This document shows, piece after piece, positions 27,988 to 37,814 of a stretch of DNA of 64,000 nt. The stretch's first letter is position 1, and the number at the start of each line of letters is the position of its first letter. The stretch lies in contig JAQBHB010000093.1 of assembly GCA_032128115.1 (NCBI GenBank), forward strand, positions 128,001 to 192,000. The letters run 5' to 3'. A program made the position numbers and the translations under genes. The notes under the pieces are model-generated. The model saw only the letters and a program-made list of their open reading frames with translations, was not told the DNA's origin and did not search any database. This DNA is from Deltaproteobacteria bacterium (GTDB lineage: Bacteria; Myxococcota_A; UBA9160; SMWR01).

Positions 27988-29529
27988 GTGGGGCGGCTTG
28001 CCCTCGCGGCGATCTTTGCGCTCGCCGGCCCCCTCCGCGCCCACGCCGAGCGGGTGATTCCGTCAGAACTCGTGACGACCCGGGTGGTCGTCCGCGCCGA
28101 GTCCCGAGGCGGCGCGGAAGAAGTGGGCAGCCTGCCCCGCGGCGGGTATGCGCGCTACGTCTCCAGCGAGGGTGACTGGCACCGCGTTCGATTGCCGGAC
28201 GGCACGCCAGGCTATGTGAGCGCGGGCTGGACGAAGCTGCAAGCCGATCCGCCGCCGCTGCCCAGGGTCGGCGCCGGCCCTGCGCCGGGCATGGCCCAGA
28301 TGCTGCGGGACGGCCTGCTCTCGCTCGTGGGCCTCGAGCCCCGGGTGGGCTTCGACCTCCAGGACCCGGTCCCCGGGCTCACGCTGTACCAGCACTATGA
28401 CCCGAACCTCCCGGTAGCGGGCCTGGCCACGGCCCTGGGCGCCCTGGGCGAATACGACGTGATGCTGGTGATCGACGTCTCCACGTCCACCAGCGAATTC
28501 GCCGAGGCCGACGTCAATGGCGACGGCCGCGAGGACGACAGCTGGGAGGGCAGCGACTCGATCCTCAAGGCCCAGGTCGTCGCCGCCAGCAACTTCGTGA
28601 ACACCCTGCACCGCCTGCCGCGCAACCACGATGGCAGCCGCATCCGCATAGGCGTGGTGACCTTCTCGGGTGACGAGCGATACCAGCTCAGAGCCCTGGA
28701 CCGGGGTTTCAAGTCCACGCCCGACCGGATCTACGAACTGGCCCATCGGGACGCCGAGCTGCAGGTTCCGCTCACGAACGACTACCGGGCGGTGCGCCGC
28801 GCGCTCAAAAAACTCGGACGCATGACGCCCGTGGGAACCACGGACTTCGCCGCGGGGATCGGCCTCGCCATGATCGAGCTCCAGAATCTGGAGGACCACG
28901 GCGCCGCGAGCCTTCCGAGGCCCACGGCCCAGAAGGCCATCCTGTTCATGACGGATGGCAAGCCGCGCCTGCCCTACGACCGGCACAAGGGAGAGGCGGC
29001 GGCCCTGTATGCGGCCAAGATGGCGTCCGACGCCGACATCCGGATCAACGCCTTCGCCCTGGGCAAGAACGTCGTGACCCGGAAGTTCAACTACGCCATG
29101 AAACGCATGTCGCGCCGGACCCACGGCAATTTCGTCGAGCTGGCGAATCCGGGCGACATCGTCACGATCTTGAACGCCACCTCGTTCGGATTCGTCGACC
29201 GGGTGAAGCTCATCAATCGAACCACCGACCGCGAAACGCGCTACATCGCCACCGGGATCGACGGCTCCTTCTACGGCGAGGTGCCCCTGGAAGAGGGTGA
29301 GAACGAGATCCGCATCATCGCCATGCTTCACGACGACGAGCAGGCGCAGCAGACCTTCACCATCCGATACCGGCACGCCCCGCCCATCGCCGAGCTGGTG
29401 GACGCCCTGGGCAAGGTCCGGGACGAAAACGAAGCCCTGATTTCCGAGATCAAGGCCCGTCTCGCCGCCGAAATGGAGGCCTCGCGCGCCGAGCAGAGCA
29501 AGCAGCTGGATCTCGGCCCCGAGCGCTGA
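27988..29529 (+). CDS. Exported SH3b + von Willebrand factor A domain protein
   Basis: Signal peptide; SH3b-like WHRVRLPDGTPGYVSAGW; MIDAS DVSTS, T, FMTDG; start uncertain (27850-27988). Confidence 0.75.
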   Translation: MGRLALAAIFALAGPLRAHAERVIPSELVTTRVVVRAESRGGAEEVGSLPRGGYARYVSSEGDWHRVRLPDGTPGYVSAGWTKLQADPPPLPRVGAGPAPGMAQMLRDGLLSLVGLEPRVGFDLQDPVPGLTLYQHYDPNLPVAGLATALGALGEYDVMLVIDVSTSTSEFAEADVNGDGREDDSWEGSDSILKAQVVAASNFVNTLHRLPRNHDGSRIRIGVVTFSGDERYQLRALDRGFKSTPDRIYELAHRDAELQVPLTNDYRAVRRALKKLGRMTPVGTTDFAAGIGLAMIELQNLEDHGAASLPRPTAQKAILFMTDGKPRLPYDRHKGEAAALYAAKMASDADIRINAFALGKNVVTRKFNYAMKRMSRRTHGNFVELANPGDIVTILNATSFGFVDRVKLINRTTDRETRYIATGIDGSFYGEVPLEEGENEIRIIAMLHDDEQAQQTFTIRYRHAPPIAELVDALGKVRDENEALISEIKARLAAEMEASRAEQSKQLDLGPER

Positions 29530-29571
29530 TCCGCCGGCAGCCGTCCGCCCCGCCATTCCCGATCGCTCGCG

Positions 29572-29598
29572 ACGCCGCAAAGGGGTCTTGCGGCGTTT
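29572..29598 (+). terminator. Probable intrinsic terminator-like hairpin after the vWA gene
   Basis: ACGCCGCAA-aggggtc-TTGCGGCGT-TT; the U-tract is short. Confidence 0.4.
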
Positions 29599-29783
29599 GC
29601 TAGCGCGGCCCGGACCTTCGGCGACAGAGCTGCGCGTGGACGAACCCGATCTGCAGATTCGTTGCCGATGGAATTCCGACACTAAAACGCCACTTGAGGT
29701 GCAGGAGTTCAAGAAACTCCTTCGAGTTCTCGATGAGTTTCAACAGGCCATGACCCGCCGGAAGTCGGAGGGCTTCGGGCCCC

Positions 29784-30542
29784 ATGAGGACGCAAGGAAT
29801 CGATTCCGTGAACCGAAAGCGACTGGTTGGCCGCGCCCTGTGGCTCCTGACGGCGGTGTGGCTCCTGACGGCGGTGTGGGCGGCGCCCGCATTGGCGATC
29901 CCCGTGGATTGGAACAACGCCACCACGCGAAACGTCGGCGTCATGATCGAAGTGTCGGATTCCGACGCCCCCAGCAACACCCCGGGCGTTCTCGATAGCG
30001 AGTGGACCGCGGTGCTGGTGGGCACCTACAGCTCGGATGGCACGACCGCCCAGGTCGTGATCGCTGCGGCAGACGTGGAGAGCGCGGTCACGGCCGCGGG
30101 CTTCGCTCCCGTGGCGGGCAGCTTCAGTACCTACGTCTGGAACATCGACGTCGCCACCCCGACCACCCGTGACGCAGCCTTCACGGGCGACGTGACCATC
30201 AGTGCCATTACCGTGAGCTGGACCAACAGCGTTGACTCGAGCCTGACCGGCGGCTACATCGATCCCGCGTCGATGGCCGGCATGGATTTCGACTACTGGC
30301 AGTGGTGCACGGCGGCCACGATGCTCGGGATGGGCGAGACCTGCCAGAGCGTGGCCGGCATCGTCGGGACCAACGCCTGGGCGTGGACCGACGGCATGGG
30401 CACGGCCCAGAGCGCCACGGCCTTCAGCCCCTGGGGCGAGGTGGTCTTCTCCGAGGTTCCGGAGCCGAAGCCGGTGCTGCTGATGGGGCTCGGCCTGGGT
30501 GGCCTGGCGATCCTGTCTCAGAGGCGCCGGCGAGTGGTCTGA
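29784..30542 (+). CDS. PEP-CTERM sorting-domain surface protein
   Basis: Signal peptide (with an 18-bp duplication encoding WLLTAV twice); C-terminal VPEP + TM helix + RRRR. Confidence 0.85.
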   Translation: MRTQGIDSVNRKRLVGRALWLLTAVWLLTAVWAAPALAIPVDWNNATTRNVGVMIEVSDSDAPSNTPGVLDSEWTAVLVGTYSSDGTTAQVVIAAADVESAVTAAGFAPVAGSFSTYVWNIDVATPTTRDAAFTGDVTISAITVSWTNSVDSSLTGGYIDPASMAGMDFDYWQWCTAATMLGMGETCQSVAGIVGTNAWAWTDGMGTAQSATAFSPWGEVVFSEVPEPKPVLLMGLGLGGLAILSQRRRRVV

Positions 30543-33500
30543 GCGCCGGCGATCTCCACTGCAAGCCGATCCCGCAACGCCACGAGTTCCTCGTCCTCGG
30601 AAATCTCCGACACCGCCGCCGCCACCTGATCGAGCAGCGCGTGGCGGGAATCCGCTGGGCTGCTGCGAACCACCTCCAGCAGGGTGGCCAGGGCGAGGTG
30701 CACTTCGCCCAGGCGGTTCAGCACCCGCGCCCGCGCCACCACATCTTCCATCATGTGACTCTGGGGCAGGAGGCGATCGATCAATGCGAGGGCACTGCGC
30801 AACTCCGGAGCCTCCCCGCGTTCGAGCCGCCAACCGGCGCGCAGACGCAGGGCGTCGGGCGCCAGGGGATGGCCCGACGGGATCGCTCGCAGGTCGGTTT
30901 CGAGTGCGGCGACGCCTGCCCAGTCCGAGGCAGCGGCACGGGACCAGGCCTCGAGCACGCTCGTGACGGCCGCGAGCTGCGGAGCGCCGGGCACGTCGCG
31001 ACGGGTGGCCCGTGCCAGGGCTGCCCGAGCCTCGACCCGACCGGGATCCAGCTCCACCGCGCGGCGCAGGTGGGCGACGCCGCCGGCGGTGTCGCCGCGC
31101 GCCATGGCCACCAGACCGAGACACGTCTCGCGCCGTGCCGAGCCGGCCACGCGGTCGGCCACCTGCCGGGCGCGATCCAATTCGCCGTTCAGCAGCAGGC
31201 GGCGCACCACCCGGGCGGCGTCCCAATCGGAGCGCACCCGCAGCAGCGGATCGTTGCGACCCACCAGCGACGCCAGGGTCACGGGGTTCAGCGACCGGGA
31301 CAACACCCGGGGTGACTGGATCTGGAAACGGTTGTGGTCGTCGCGACTCACCGGCGCCCCTTCCGCCAGGCTTCGGGTGCCGGATTCGTCGAGCAGAAGC
31401 ATCGCCGCCAGGTCTTCCGGGGCATAGACGCCCACGGCGGCGAAGGCGTCCGGATCGCTCGCGAGGGCGTGGCTGCTGGTGGCTTCGGCCGGCAACGGTT
31501 GCTGGGAGGCCAGCGCCACGATCGAGCTCCCCACGCGAATCCCGTAGAAGCGCACGTGGTCGAAGCTGTCGTTCAGCGTGGCGGCCAGGCTGCGCAGCAG
31601 GCTCTCATCCACGAAGTCGAGGCCCATCCACAACGCGAACACGCCGCCCGGCTCGAGGCGCCGGCTCACGAGTTCGAAGAACTCCCGGGTGAACAGGTGG
31701 GAGGCACCGGCCGTCCAGGGATGCGAGGGCTGGGAGACGATGGCGTCGTAGCGGCGATCGGAGAGCTGCAGGGCGCCCCGCGCGTCGTTCACGTGGATCC
31801 GCACGCGCGGATCCGAGAGGGGATCGAAGCCCCGTTTGTCGGCCACTGCCCGGTTGGCCTCGATGATCTGCGGCTCGATCTCGACCACGTCGATGGAGGT
31901 GACGGAACGAGGGACGGCTTCCACGGTCGAGCCCGCGCCCAGTCCGATCAGGAGCAGCGAGCGGGTCTCGGGGCGCGCCAGCACCGGCAGGGCGCCCAGC
32001 CACTGGGTGACGTCGTCGAGGCGGTGCCAGCCACGGGGGCGCATGCCGGCCTCGGGTAGCCCGTTGCTGCGCAGGCTCCAGCCGCCGTCGTTGGCCATGA
32101 GCATCACCGTGGCGCTGCGACCCACCGCGAAATATTCGGGGACCGCCAGCGGGTCGGCGTCGGGCCGGCCGGCGGCAAGTTCGAGCGGCGACGCCAACAG
32201 CAGCCGCATGGGGGAGCCGGGGGGGAACCCAAGCACCGCAGCTCCAGCTGCCAGGGCGGCCGCGGCGATCCCGAGGCGTCGCGGCTGAGTCCGGGCGAGC
32301 GCGATCGCTGCCACCGCCAGGTTCGTCGCCACCGCCGCCGCCAGCGTGCCGTGGAAACCGAGGGCCGGGAGCCACAAGAAGGACGCACCCACTGCGCCGA
32401 CAATGGCCCCGATCGTATTCCAGGAGTAGACGCGGGCGCTGGCGGTGGCCGCGTCGGCCTGGCCGCGGGCCAGGGCGCGCACCGCGAACGGGAAGCCCGC
32501 GCCCATGAAGGCGGCGCCCGGCACCAGTACGAGGCCGGCGAGGATCGCGTTGGCAGCCAGCCCGCCCTGGCTTCCCGCTCCCAGGGCGAGGGCCAGCCCG
32601 GGCAGGGAGTCGATCCACAGGAAGCCCAGATACGACGCAGCCGCGGCGCCCACTTGCGTCAGCGCAAACTGGCTGGCGGCGGTCGCGGAATCGCGGGCTC
32701 GCCGGGACGCCAGTGCACTTCCCAACACGATGCCCGTCAGAAAACTCGCCAACATGGTGGCGAAGGCGTAGACGGTGCCCCCGAACAGGTGGCTGAGCAG
32801 GCGCGTCCAGAGCACTTCATAGCTGAAAGACGCGATTCCGGTGACGGTCACCAGGGGCAGGATCCAGGCGGCCGCAGAGGAACCGGGCGAGCGCGCGGCG
32901 GACTCTCGCGGCGGAGATTCCAGGGGCGCGAGCCGCCGCGCTCCAAGCACCGCCACGGCGAAGACCAGCGCGTTGGTCGCGACACCGACCCACACGGTGC
33001 GCTGCAGCCCCATGGCGGGCAGCAGCACGAATGCGGCAACCAGCGTGCCGGCCACGGCGCCCGCGGTGTTGAGGGCGTAGAGCAGTCCGACCCGGGCCCC
33101 GATCTGGTCCGCGCGCCGCACGGCCGCGCGCGCCAGCAGGGGAAGCGTCGCCCCCATGAGGGCCGTGGGCAGCATCAAGACCGCGAAGGCGGAAGCGAGG
33201 TGGAAGAGGGTGAGCCCCAGGCCCCCGGATTCGGGCAGGTCGGCGGCGTGTCCGAACCAGGCCACTTCGAGGGCGGCGCAGGCGCGCACTGCGATGGGCA
33301 CACCCAGGGCGGTGATGCCGATGGCCAACTCGAGGATCCCGTAGAGCCACAGCGGCCGGAGCACCCGCTCGACCCAGCGCCGTGCGACCGCTGCGCCCAG
33401 GGCCAGCCCGCCCATGTAGGCGCCCAACACCGCCGCCACGGCCGGCTCGGAGGTGCCGAACACGAGGCTGAACTGACGCACCCAGACCGTCTCGTAGAGG

Positions 33501-33616
33501 AGGGCGGCGAAGCCCGACAGCCCGAAGCAGACGAGCACCACGTGGAAGGGAAGATCGTGGGGTTTATCCCACGATCGTGTCGAGATCTTGGCTCCGTCCA
33601 CGCTCTCGGCTTCCAC
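30518..33616 (-). CDS. Fused membrane (MFS-like) / spermidine-synthase-like protein with C-terminal TPRs
   Basis: FGLSGFAALLYETVW and YALNTAGAVAG TM repeats; IGLGAG, VEIEP, NDAR, SQPSHPW; start uncertain. Confidence 0.8.
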   Translation of the reverse strand: MEAESVDGAKISTRSWDKPHDLPFHVVLVCFGLSGFAALLYETVWVRQFSLVFGTSEPAVAAVLGAYMGGLALGAAVARRWVERVLRPLWLYGILELAIGITALGVPIAVRACAALEVAWFGHAADLPESGGLGLTLFHLASAFAVLMLPTALMGATLPLLARAAVRRADQIGARVGLLYALNTAGAVAGTLVAAFVLLPAMGLQRTVWVGVATNALVFAVAVLGARRLAPLESPPRESAARSPGSSAAAWILPLVTVTGIASFSYEVLWTRLLSHLFGGTVYAFATMLASFLTGIVLGSALASRRARDSATAASQFALTQVGAAAASYLGFLWIDSLPGLALALGAGSQGGLAANAILAGLVLVPGAAFMGAGFPFAVRALARGQADAATASARVYSWNTIGAIVGAVGASFLWLPALGFHGTLAAAVATNLAVAAIALARTQPRRLGIAAAALAAGAAVLGFPPGSPMRLLLASPLELAAGRPDADPLAVPEYFAVGRSATVMLMANDGGWSLRSNGLPEAGMRPRGWHRLDDVTQWLGALPVLARPETRSLLLIGLGAGSTVEAVPRSVTSIDVVEIEPQIIEANRAVADKRGFDPLSDPRVRIHVNDARGALQLSDRRYDAIVSQPSHPWTAGASHLFTREFFELVSRRLEPGGVFALWMGLDFVDESLLRSLAATLNDSFDHVRFYGIRVGSSIVALASQQPLPAEATSSHALASDPDAFAAVGVYAPEDLAAMLLLDESGTRSLAEGAPVSRDDHNRFQIQSPRVLSRSLNPVTLASLVGRNDPLLRVRSDWDAARVVRRLLLNGELDRARQVADRVAGSARRETCLGLVAMARGDTAGGVAHLRRAVELDPGRVEARAALARATRRDVPGAPQLAAVTSVLEAWSRAAASDWAGVAALETDLRAIPSGHPLAPDALRLRAGWRLERGEAPELRSALALIDRLLPQSHMMEDVVARARVLNRLGEVHLALATLLEVVRSSPADSRHALLDQVAAAVSEISEDEELVALRDRLAVEIAGAQTTRRRL

Positions 33617-33765
33617 CCCCACTCCATTTCGACCCCCGGGCGCCGTGACCTGAGGAGGGCCGGAGCCGACCGCACGCTTCGATCCGGCCCCACCATTTCG
33701 CTGGGCTCGAGTCCGACGGCTATGCTGCCGATTCAGATTGCACCGCCCCCCGGAACGAGGTTCCC

Positions 33766-34329
33766 ATGAGGCGCTTGCTGGCGAACGCATTCCTCAGGGC
33801 CACCGGATGGCGGTCCGAGGGCGCGCGCCCGGTCTCACGCCGCCACGTGCTGATCGCGGCGCCCCATACTTCGAACTGGGATCTGGCCTACCTGCTGGCC
33901 CTCGCGACCGTGATGGACGTGAGGATCTCGTTCATGGCCAAACACACCCTGTTCCGCGGACCCATGGGCTGGGTGATGCGCGCCGTGGGTGGAATTCCCG
34001 TGCATCGACACCTTCGCGAGAGCCTGGTTTCGCAGATGGCGAGGGCCTTGAACGAGGCCGATCGCCTGAGCCTGGTGGTTCCGGCCGAGGGGACCCGCGG
34101 TTACGTGGCCCATTGGAAGTCGGGCTTCTACCACATTGCGCGCGAGGCCAATGTCCCCATCGTGATGGGGTACCTGGATTACGCGCGAAAGCGGGGCGGT
34201 TTCGGGCCCGAGTTGATTCCCACCGGGGACATCCGCGAGGACATGGACGAGATCCGGAGCTTCTACGCCGGCAAGGTGGGCCGGCACCCGGATCAGTTCG
34301 GGGCGATCCGACTCAAGGAGGAGATGTAG
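33766..34329 (+). CDS. Lysophospholipid acyltransferase (PlsC family)
   Basis: HTSNWD (HX4D), PAEGTR, KSGFYHIA. Confidence 0.85.
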   Translation: MRRLLANAFLRATGWRSEGARPVSRRHVLIAAPHTSNWDLAYLLALATVMDVRISFMAKHTLFRGPMGWVMRAVGGIPVHRHLRESLVSQMARALNEADRLSLVVPAEGTRGYVAHWKSGFYHIAREANVPIVMGYLDYARKRGGFGPELIPTGDIREDMDEIRSFYAGKVGRHPDQFGAIRLKEEM

Positions 34330-34391
34330 CCCCCCCTTTCGCTGGTGATCCGATCCCGGAACAATAGGGCCGTCCCCGCTCGGAGGATGGC

Positions 34392-35660
34392 TTGAGTCGA
34401 ACCCATGCAGGGGCGGTAGCTGCGGCGCTGGCGATCCTGGCCGGCTCGATCGCCGCCCCGAGCCTCGCCGATCTGCCCAGCGAGGCTCCCGGCCGGAGCG
34501 TGACGCTCCCCGAGCCCCACCCGCACTGGATGTTCGTCGGCGACTTGCTGCTGCGCCGCAATGCCCTGCTGGATCTGGATCGAGGAACGTTTCTCGGGAT
34601 GGTCAGCACCGGGTTCCTGTCGCCGGCCGCATTGTTCGCGCGCGCGGGCGGCGAGTTCTACCTGCCCGAAACCCACTACTCCCGGGGAAGCCGCGGCACC
34701 CGCACCGATGTGGTCACGATCTACCGAACCCGTGAGCTGGCGCCGGTGGCGGAGGTCGAGATCCCGCCGAAACGCGCAGTCAACGTCCTGCCCGTGGGAA
34801 ACGCCGCGATCTCCGATGACGATCGCTTTCTGGCCGTCTTCAACATGACGCCCGCCACGTCGCTCAGCATCGTGGATCTGCAGCAACGTCGCTTCGTTCA
34901 GGAGATCGCGACCCCGGGCTGCAGTCTGGTCTACTCGGCGGGCCCGCGCCGCTTCCTGATGATCTGCTCCAACGGGTCCCTGCAGAGCGTGCGCCTGGAC
35001 GAGAGCGGCCGCGAAGCGGGCGTGGAGCGCACGCGGTCCTTCTTCGATCCGGAGCTGGATCCGGTGACCGAGAAGGCGGTGCGCTTCGGATCCCGCTGGC
35101 TGTTCGTGTCGTTCGAGGGCAACGTGCATCCCGTGGAAACCTCGGGCGACGCGCTGGAATTCGGGGAGCCCTGGTCGCTGATTTCACCGGACGACCGCGC
35201 GGATTCGTGGAAGGTGGGAGGCACCCAGCATCTGGCGATACACCAGGCCACGGGCCGCTTGTACTCGCTGATGCACCAGGGCGGCAACGACAGCCACAAG
35301 GATCCCGGCAGCGAGGTCTGGATCTACGACCTGGATTCCCGCGAGCGGGTGCAGCGCATCCGCCTGGCACACCCGGGCCTGTCGTTCATGAGCGAGACGG
35401 TCGAGTTCGGGCAGACCTGGGCCTGGCCCTTTCGCGGCATCTGGCCCTTCGCTCTCGACCACCTGGTCCCGAACCCGGGTCTCAACAGCCTTCAGGTCAC
35501 CCAGGACGACGAGCCCCTGTTGGTGACCGGTTCCCAGATCGGCGGCTCGGTCGCGGTGTACGATGCCCTGACTGGCGAGCTGCTGCGACGCGTGCCCACC
35601 GGCGGCATGACGACCCACACGCTGCAGGCGCCGTGGGGAGGAGGGGAGGCCCAGCCGTGA
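34392..35660 (+). CDS. mauB: TTQ amine dehydrogenase large (beta-propeller) subunit
   Basis: ETHYSRGSRGTRTDVV, NMTPATS, PGC, MH...HKDPG.EVW, VTQDDEPLL. Confidence 0.9.
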   Translation: MSRTHAGAVAAALAILAGSIAAPSLADLPSEAPGRSVTLPEPHPHWMFVGDLLLRRNALLDLDRGTFLGMVSTGFLSPAALFARAGGEFYLPETHYSRGSRGTRTDVVTIYRTRELAPVAEVEIPPKRAVNVLPVGNAAISDDDRFLAVFNMTPATSLSIVDLQQRRFVQEIATPGCSLVYSAGPRRFLMICSNGSLQSVRLDESGREAGVERTRSFFDPELDPVTEKAVRFGSRWLFVSFEGNVHPVETSGDALEFGEPWSLISPDDRADSWKVGGTQHLAIHQATGRLYSLMHQGGNDSHKDPGSEVWIYDLDSRERVQRIRLAHPGLSFMSETVEFGQTWAWPFRGIWPFALDHLVPNPGLNSLQVTQDDEPLLVTGSQIGGSVAVYDALTGELLRRVPTGGMTTHTLQAPWGGGEAQP

Positions 35661-36193
35661 CCCTGGACCCGACGATCCAGACGATCCTGCGCATCGCCGT
35701 GTCGCTGCTGCTGCTCACCGCAGCGCGGCACAAGCTGACCGACTTCGCCCACTTCTCCGGCGTGGTGCAGCGCTACCGACTGCTGCCAGTGGCCCTGGCG
35801 AAGGCCGCCGCGGCGCTGCTCGTCGCGATCGAAGCTGCAGTGGGCGTGGCCCTGTGGCTGCCCGCCTTCGCGGCGCCAGCCGCACTCGCCGCCTTCGGGC
35901 TGCTGTCGCTCTACTCGGCAGCCATCGGGATCAACCTGTTGCGCGGTCGCCGCCACATCGACTGCGGTTGCGGTCGTCCAGGAAGCGTTCGGCCCCTGAG
36001 CAGCGCCCTGCTGGTCCGCAACGCCGGGCTGGGTCTCGCCGCGCTCGCGTCGACGCTTCCCGTCGAGCCGCGTGCGCCGATCTGGATCGACGGGGTGACG
36101 GTGGTTGCGGGGGTTGCGGCACTCGCGTTGCTCTACGCCGCCGTGGATGCGAGCCTGCCCCCGGGCCGGTGGGCTCCCAGGAGCGCGTCGTGA
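35657..36193 (+). CDS. mauE: Methylamine utilisation membrane protein MauE
   Basis: HKL..F...YRLLP, INLLRGRRHIDCGC, RN motif; GTGA overlap with mauB. Confidence 0.9.
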   Translation: MTLDPTIQTILRIAVSLLLLTAARHKLTDFAHFSGVVQRYRLLPVALAKAAAALLVAIEAAVGVALWLPAFAAPAALAAFGLLSLYSAAIGINLLRGRRHIDCGCGRPGSVRPLSSALLVRNAGLGLAALASTLPVEPRAPIWIDGVTVVAGVAALALLYAAVDASLPPGRWAPRSAS

Positions 36194-36804
36194 CCGATGC
36201 GCTCATCGTCTCCAATCTCGTGCTCTGGGTGCTGGTGGTGGTGCTTGCCGGTGTGGTGCTGGCCCTCGTGCGCCAGGTGGGCGTGCTCCACGAGCGCATC
36301 GCGCCGGCGGGCGCGCTGATGGCCAACGAAGGGCCCCGCCCGGGAGAAGCGGCGCCGGTGCTTCAGGTGGTCGACTGGTCGGGACGGAGCCTCGAACTCG
36401 GCGCGCCGGATCCGGAGGGCCGCAGCACGCTGCTCTTCTTCCTCTCTCCCACGTGTCCCGTCTGCAAGACCCTGCTGCCGGTCCTGGAGTCGGCTCGCAG
36501 CGCCGAGAGACGCTGGTTGCGGGTGGTGATCGCAAGCGACGGCACCCGCGACGAACACGAGGCTTTCGTCCGCGACCACGGGCTCGATCGCTTCTCCTAT
36601 GTGCTCTCCACGCCGTTGGGCCTTTCGTATCGTGTGGGCCGGCTTCCCTATGCCGTACTCGTGGACGGGGAGGGGATCGTGCGTGCTTCGGGTCTGGTCA
36701 ACACGCGCGAGCATCTGGAGAGCCTGTTCGAGGCCCAGGAGCGCGGGGCCGCCTCGGTCCAGGAGTACCTGGCGGGCGTGCAGGAGGCCCAACGTGTGGC
36801 GTGA
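36190..36804 (+). CDS. mauD: Methylamine utilisation thioredoxin-like protein MauD
   Basis: RQVGVLHERIAPAGAL, SPTCPVCK, GLVNTREHLESL. Confidence 0.92.
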   Translation: MTDALIVSNLVLWVLVVVLAGVVLALVRQVGVLHERIAPAGALMANEGPRPGEAAPVLQVVDWSGRSLELGAPDPEGRSTLLFFLSPTCPVCKTLLPVLESARSAERRWLRVVIASDGTRDEHEAFVRDHGLDRFSYVLSTPLGLSYRVGRLPYAVLVDGEGIVRASGLVNTREHLESLFEAQERGAASVQEYLAGVQEAQRVA

Positions 36805-37339
36805 CGACCAGAACGCCGTCGATCGCTGGGTTGCACGCGCGGCGCGGGACCTGGCCCGCCGCACGTCGCGCCGGAGCTTTCTCACGCGTCTGGGTGTGCT
36901 GCTGGTGGGTGGCGCGACGTTGCCCCTGCTGCCGGTGGCGCGGGCCGAACCCCGAGCACAGGCCGCCGGGGAACCGGACCCGAATACACCCCTGGGTGAT
37001 CCGAAGGATTGCGAGTATTGGCGCTACTGCGCCATCGACGGCTTTCTCAGCAGCTGCTGCGGGGGAACCCACAACGCGTGTCCGCCGGGCACCGAGATGT
37101 CCATGACCACCTGGATCGGCACCTGCCGCAACCCGACCGACGGGAAGGACTACGTGATCTCCTACAACGACTGCTGCGGCAAGGACCTGTGTGGTCGCTG
37201 TACCTGCATGCGCCACGAGGGCGACCGGCCCGTCTATTACGCCACCCGCAGCAATGACATCAACTGGTGTATGGGCAAGGTGGGCGTGATCTACAACTCC
37301 ACCGTGGCGGTGGTGATCGGAGTCGCGAGCGACACATGA
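36794..37339 (+). CDS. mauA: TTQ amine dehydrogenase small subunit (AADH-like)
   Basis: Tat signal SRRSFL; YWRYCAIDG, TWIGTC (TTQ Trp), DCCGK, NDINWC (cross-linked Trp); 12 Cys. Confidence 0.92.
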   Translation: MWRDDQNAVDRWVARAARDLARRTSRRSFLTRLGVLLVGGATLPLLPVARAEPRAQAAGEPDPNTPLGDPKDCEYWRYCAIDGFLSSCCGGTHNACPPGTEMSMTTWIGTCRNPTDGKDYVISYNDCCGKDLCGRCTCMRHEGDRPVYYATRSNDINWCMGKVGVIYNSTVAVVIGVASDT

Positions 37340-37767
37340 GTCGGCGCGGGTCCGCGCTGGCCCTGGGACTGGCCCTGGCGGGATTCGCGGTCGATGCTCG
37401 CGCCGCGCCCGGGATCGATTACATGTTGCAGTGTCAGGGATGCCATCTGGCCGATGGCGGCGGCTCGCCCGGGGCCGTGCCACCCCTGGCCGGGCTCGTG
37501 GGGAAGTTCCTGTGGGTGCCGCGGGGGCGCGAGTATCTGGTGCGGGTTCCCGGAAGCTCCCAGTCTCCCCTGAGCGATGCCGAGCTGGCTGCCGTGCTCA
37601 ACTGGATGATCCGGCGCTTCGGGCCGGCGGAGGTGGCGCAAGACTTCACGGCGTTCAGCGCCGACGAAGTGGCCGGCTATCGCAACCCACCGCTCACGGA
37701 CGTGGAGACGCTTCGAGCCGAGCTGCTGCGCCAGATCTCCCGGATCGAGTCCTCGCGCGCGCCCTGA
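37336..37767 (+). CDS. Monoheme class I cytochrome c
   Basis: Signal peptide; CQGCH heme motif; ATGA overlap with mauA. Confidence 0.85.
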   Translation: MSRRGSALALGLALAGFAVDARAAPGIDYMLQCQGCHLADGGGSPGAVPPLAGLVGKFLWVPRGREYLVRVPGSSQSPLSDAELAAVLNWMIRRFGPAEVAQDFTAFSADEVAGYRNPPLTDVETLRAELLRQISRIESSRAP

Positions 37768-37814
37768 TTCGCGCTGCGGTTGACGCCCCTGGCGCCGGAT
37801 GGGACGATCCGGCC

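Noticed and set aside
30518..37767. Functional link between the spermidine-synthase-like fusion and the amine dehydrogenase (polyamine cycle)
   Set aside because: They are divergent and separated by plsC; the fused MFS/spermidine-synthase family is common and of uncertain activity, so adjacency is the only evidence
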